64,000 bases of DNA, taken from NCBI GenBank assembly GCA_965215125.1, contig OZ244052.1, positions 992,001 through 1,056,000 on the forward strand, written 5' to 3'. A program made the position numbers and the translations under genes. Positions 59,470 through 64,000 of the stretch are shown here, piece by piece. The stretch is from an uncultured candidatus Porisulfidus sp. Its GTDB lineage: Bacteria; Pseudomonadota; Gammaproteobacteria; Poriferisulfidales; Oxydemutatoraceae. The stretch's first letter is position 1. Each line of letters opens with the position of its first letter. Below the pieces are notes generated by a model. It had not been told where the DNA came from and ran no database searches. It saw nothing but the letters and a program-made list of their open reading frames with translations.

Positions 59470-60840
59470 TTAGTTCAGTAAAACCTTGGGTAGCCAAGTT
59501 GCCAATTCCGGCCATAGTGCCAATATCAACAAGGCAAATAATTGCAAACCCACAAACGGAATAACCCCTTTATAGATCTGTTTAGTGTGTATTTTTTGAC
59601 TAACGACACCACGCAAATAGAACAGCGAAAAACCGAAAGGTGGAGTCATAAAGGAAGTCTGCAAATTGACCGCAATCATAATCGCAAGCCAGATAGGATC
59701 TGCCCCCATAATAATTAAGGTAGGTGCCACCACCGGAACGACAACAAACATAATCTCTATGAAATCTAATACGAAACCCAGTATAAACATCGCCAACATG
59801 ACGACGACCATCGTTACCCATAAATCGCCGGGGAGTGCGACCAACATCTCGTGTATGAGGTGATCACCTTCCAGTCCTCTGAATACCAAAGAAAATGTGG
59901 TAGCACCTATTAGGATCATAAAAACCATGCAGCTGATTTTGACAGTCTCTCGAGTGGCTTCTCTTATCTTCGGTATAGAGAATTCGCGTCGCAACACGGC
60001 GAGCAACACGGCACCGATTGCGCCGACCGATGCCGCTTCGGTCGGCGATGCCGCGCCGCTCAATATAGATCCCAAGACGACTAAAATTAGAACTAAGGGC
60101 AATAGCAATGTGTAGAGTTGCGGCTTAGATCGACATTGCGATCGTTCTTCGGCGGTATCGGCAATATAGTCCGGCATCCATTGCGGCTTAAAGAGACCTG
60201 CCGCATAAATATAGATTACATAAAAAACGACCAGCAACAGTCCCGGTAGCAAAGCACCGGCAAATAGGTCACTCACCGAAACCGCATCGGAAGCAAACAG
60301 TCCTTGTTTATAATGCGCTTGCTGATAACTTGCGGAAATAACATCTCCCAGCATTATCAACATAATCGAGGGAGGAATGATCTGCCCGAGCGTACCCGAC
60401 GCACAGACCGTGCCGCACGCCAAGCCGGGATGGTATCGGCGTTTTAGCATGGCAGGCACCGATAGCAACCCCATCGTTGTCACGGTTGCGCCGACAATTC
60501 CGGTGCTCGCTGCAAACAATGCACCGACCAAGATGATGGAGATACCCAAACCGCTACGCAGCCGATGCATCATCTCGGCACTGGCGAGCAGTAGCTCTTC
60601 GGCAAGTCTGGTTTTTTGCAAAGTCACCCCCATAAAGACAAACATCGGAATTGCAATCAGCGTGCTATTTGTCAAAATACTAAATAGCCTGTTCGGCAAT
60701 GCATGCAAGATATTGGCATCAAAAATACCCAAAGCGGTACAAATTGCGGCAAACAATAACGATACACCGGCAAGCGTAAAGGCAACCGGATAGCCGGCGA
60801 GTATCACCAGAATAACGAGAAAAAATAGTACTAATGCCAT
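59470..60840 (-). CDS. dctM: TRAP transporter large permease
   Basis: GYPVAF.L, AASTGIVGA, GTLGQIIPPS and NLQTSF.TPPFG motifs. Confidence 0.93.
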   Translation of the reverse strand: MALVLFFLVILVILAGYPVAFTLAGVSLLFAAICTALGIFDANILHALPNRLFSILTNSTLIAIPMFVFMGVTLQKTRLAEELLLASAEMMHRLRSGLGISIILVGALFAASTGIVGATVTTMGLLSVPAMLKRRYHPGLACGTVCASGTLGQIIPPSIMLIMLGDVISASYQQAHYKQGLFASDAVSVSDLFAGALLPGLLLVVFYVIYIYAAGLFKPQWMPDYIADTAEERSQCRSKPQLYTLLLPLVLILVVLGSILSGAASPTEAASVGAIGAVLLAVLRREFSIPKIREATRETVKISCMVFMILIGATTFSLVFRGLEGDHLIHEMLVALPGDLWVTMVVVMLAMFILGFVLDFIEIMFVVVPVVAPTLIIMGADPIWLAIMIAVNLQTSFMTPPFGFSLFYLRGVVSQKIHTKQIYKGVIPFVGLQLFALLILALWPELATWLPKVLLN

Positions 60841-60856
60841 GTTGTCCGATTAATGC

Positions 60857-61360
60857 CTAAGCGATGCCTCGCAAAATCAAATGAGCCTGACGCATGACCC
60901 CAATCATTCCTTGCCAAAAAAGTAGCCCTGCCATTACCGGGATCAACGTTTTCAACACGAAGATTAGCGGCAACCCGGCGGCTTCCTGCGACCGTTCCAA
61001 CAAATGCCAAGAGGTTGCGACATAATCGCTACTATAGAAAATGATCGTCGCACAAGTCGGCAACAGAAGTAAAATATCGCCGATTAGGTTGATTCTTGTT
61101 TTAGTCTTTGCCCGCATCTTACTGTAAAAGACATCAACGCGCACATGCCCCCCGAGGCACATCGTATAACCCATGCACAAACACAATATAAAAACATGCA
61201 GATAAACCACACCCTCCTGCATATCTACTCGGCCGTAATTAAAACCGTAGCGCAATACGACGATTGCAAAAGCGAGGCAAATCATCAGTGGCAGCAACCA
61301 CATCGCAGCTTGTCCGACCCGTTTATTAACCTGATCGAGATGGGTTAATAGCTTAGGCAT
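60857..61360 (-). CDS. dctQ: TRAP transporter small permease
   Basis: Four TM segments, VVLRY.F and HVRVDVFY motifs. Confidence 0.9.
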   Translation of the reverse strand: MPKLLTHLDQVNKRVGQAAMWLLPLMICLAFAIVVLRYGFNYGRVDMQEGVVYLHVFILCLCMGYTMCLGGHVRVDVFYSKMRAKTKTRINLIGDILLLLPTCATIIFYSSDYVATSWHLLERSQEAAGLPLIFVLKTLIPVMAGLLFWQGMIGVMRQAHLILRGIA

Positions 61361-61388
61361 TGCATAGATTGTTCAGTATATGGATCGT

Positions 61389-62327
61389 TTAGCAGAGCTC
61401 GCAGTCCTCTTCCCTGCAAAGTAGCAGTATGTTCTTAAAAACATCCGGATCTTTGATGTGTGTGATAGCACCGTCTTTGGGAAAAAGTTTATCACGTAGC
61501 CGCGACAACCAAAAACGTAGTGCCGCCCGGCGCAGAATATTCCGCCATTCGTCTCTCTCGGGCGGTTCAAAAGGACGTCTTAGATGATACGCGTTAATCA
61601 ATTCTTCGTAGTGCGGGCGCGACAAATGTTGATCCGCCGAGCGACACCAATCGTTAACCGCAACCGCAACATCGTACAAAAGTTTGGCATGACAGGCATA
61701 GTAAAAATCTATCACGCCGCTCAATCGCTCGCCTTCAAACAACACATTGTCTTTGAATAGGTCGGCATGAACGGTGCCGGCGGGCAATGCATCCGATAAC
61801 TGCTTGCTTTGATGTTTGATTTCATCGTTTAATAGTATTTTATCCTCCTTATCCAATTTTGATTGTATTTTGTCGGATTGCATCTTGAACCAACCGATAT
61901 CCCTAATGTTCTCGCTATGACCATCAAAATCACGCATTACCAAATGCATCTTTGCCAAAATATCACCGACCTGTTGACATTGTGCCACACCGGGTGCTTT
62001 GATAGTGTGCCCCGGCAAGCGCGTAATCAGTGCGGCAGGTTTGCCCTTTAACTCATGCAAAGTGCGACCTTGCCGGTCGGCAACGGGGTGCGGACACGGC
62101 AAACCGGCATCTGCGACATGGCACATCAAATCGATAAAATAAGGCAACTGATCCGCCTCCAACCACTCAAACAAGGTCAGCACATAGTCCCCTCGCTCGG
62201 TGTCGACAAAATAATTGGTATTTTCTATGCCTTCGTCTATACCTCGGTATGAAAGCAAAGAACCTATTTCAAACCCCTGTATGAACCGCCCCAACTCCTG
62301 TTCAGAAATAACCGTATAAACCGACAT
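61389..62327 (-). CDS. thrB: Homoserine kinase, type II (APH fold)
   Basis: MSVYT, GIENTNY, HADLF.DN.LF, IDFY and RFWLSRL motifs. Confidence 0.93.
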   Translation of the reverse strand: MSVYTVISEQELGRFIQGFEIGSLLSYRGIDEGIENTNYFVDTERGDYVLTLFEWLEADQLPYFIDLMCHVADAGLPCPHPVADRQGRTLHELKGKPAALITRLPGHTIKAPGVAQCQQVGDILAKMHLVMRDFDGHSENIRDIGWFKMQSDKIQSKLDKEDKILLNDEIKHQSKQLSDALPAGTVHADLFKDNVLFEGERLSGVIDFYYACHAKLLYDVAVAVNDWCRSADQHLSRPHYEELINAYHLRRPFEPPERDEWRNILRRAALRFWLSRLRDKLFPKDGAITHIKDPDVFKNILLLCREEDCELC

Positions 62328-62663
62328 GCCGTGTAGAAATCCAATATCAAAAAAGGATAATTATAAAGGATTATTATTCCTACACATATAACCCGACTAA
62401 AAGCGAACTTTTATGATGAACCAAAGATACCTCTTTGAAGAAAAGGTTAATTTTCACAATAGAGATATGAATACTAAAAAAGAATACGGTGGAATAGCGT
62501 TAGATTTTGTAGATTGCCACCTAATAATATTTACCGTGCGTAAAATTTGGTCGTATGCGGCAACCCTTTGCCTGTTTCCCTAAAAAGCACAAGCCACTGC
62601 CGAAGCGGTGGCCTGCACCCGCCAAATCGAAGTCAGGCGAAGGACATCTGCAGACACGACGCG

Positions 62664-62687
62664 ACTACCCCGTCAGGCTACGCCTGT
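62664..62687 (+). repeat. Repeat family A fragment downstream of atpC
   Basis: gactaccccgtcaggctacgcctg matches 21303-21326. Confidence 0.5.
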
Positions 62688-62694
62688 ATGCGGG

Positions 62695-63114
62695 TTAGCG
62701 GCCGCGTTTGCGCAGGCGTTCTATCATACGAAGCTGGGCAGCCACTTCGGCAAGTTCGGTCATTGCTTTGGCAGTTTCTATATCGGTGAGTTGGCTTTGT
62801 AGCAGTTCTTCGGCACGTTGTTTGGCTTCCAGTGCTCTGGCTTCGTCCAGATCCTCGCCGCGCAAGGCGGTGTCGGTTAGGACGGTGACCATGTGCGGTT
62901 GTACTTCTATCACGCCGCCGGAGACATAGAAGTGGCGGTCGTCTTGACCTTCCATGCGCACCCGCACCTCGCCGGGGCGCAAGGTTGATAGAAAGGGTGC
63001 ATGCTGCGGATAGATGCCGACTTCGCCCATTTCGGCTTCGGCAAAAACCGCATTCACCTCGCCGTTGAAGATCTCCTCTTCGGCACTAACAATATAAGTA
63101 CGTATCGTGTTCAT
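62695..63114 (-). CDS. atpC: F1Fo ATP synthase epsilon subunit
   Basis: IVSAE..IF.G, GE.GI.P.HAP and VSGG..EVQP motifs; follows atpD. Confidence 0.96.
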   Translation of the reverse strand: MNTIRTYIVSAEEEIFNGEVNAVFAEAEMGEVGIYPQHAPFLSTLRPGEVRVRMEGQDDRHFYVSGGVIEVQPHMVTVLTDTALRGEDLDEARALEAKQRAEELLQSQLTDIETAKAMTELAEVAAQLRMIERLRKRGR

Positions 63115-63135
63115 CTGTAGCGGCGTAGGGTTGGC

Positions 63136-64000
<865 letters not shown>

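Noticed and set aside
18219-59564. Family of small ORFs sharing PPxEGN or PPLQRRG peptides (14115, 18219, 21227, 40934, 59325)
   Set aside because: The shared peptides are translations of the repeat-A hairpin, not a protein family

Overview
Chromosomal window from a sulfur-oxidising proteobacterium, probably a host-associated gammaproteobacterium (inferred from reverse-Dsr genes, a non-flagellar T3SS and a giant protease-adhesin). dsrL (90-2060) and dsrJOP (31379-34031) are normally adjacent, but here about 29 kb of integrase-free accessory DNA separates them. That DNA is mostly defence-related: an EcoRI-family adenine MTase with a DUF262-HNH nuclease, a 1310-aa SIR2 protein, a GHKL-nuclease/C5-MTase/Vsr cassette, an Rpn nuclease, an uncharacterised coupled three-gene GHKL-ATPase operon plus a decayed partial copy, two Panacea (SocA/DUF4065) modules and an AAA-wHTH ATPase. 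It also holds a decayed tRNA-His and a 2428-aa prodomain-less kexin-like protease with tandem Ig-like repeats. The right half is mostly core genes: agcS-type symporter, pyrB-pyrC'-pyrK-yggS, dsbA, cytochrome c4, hslVU, ubiEJB, uvrD, a TRAP transporter, thrB and atpCD. It also contains a partial T3SS operon (sctF-G-I-J-K-L-chaperone-N-O-P) with an embedded sensor PP2C phosphatase/anti-sigma fusion and a 75-bp tandem repeat in the needle-length ruler. Several short palindromic repeat families and IS-end relics occupy the intergenic spaces. All calls come from reading motifs by eye; no database searches were run.
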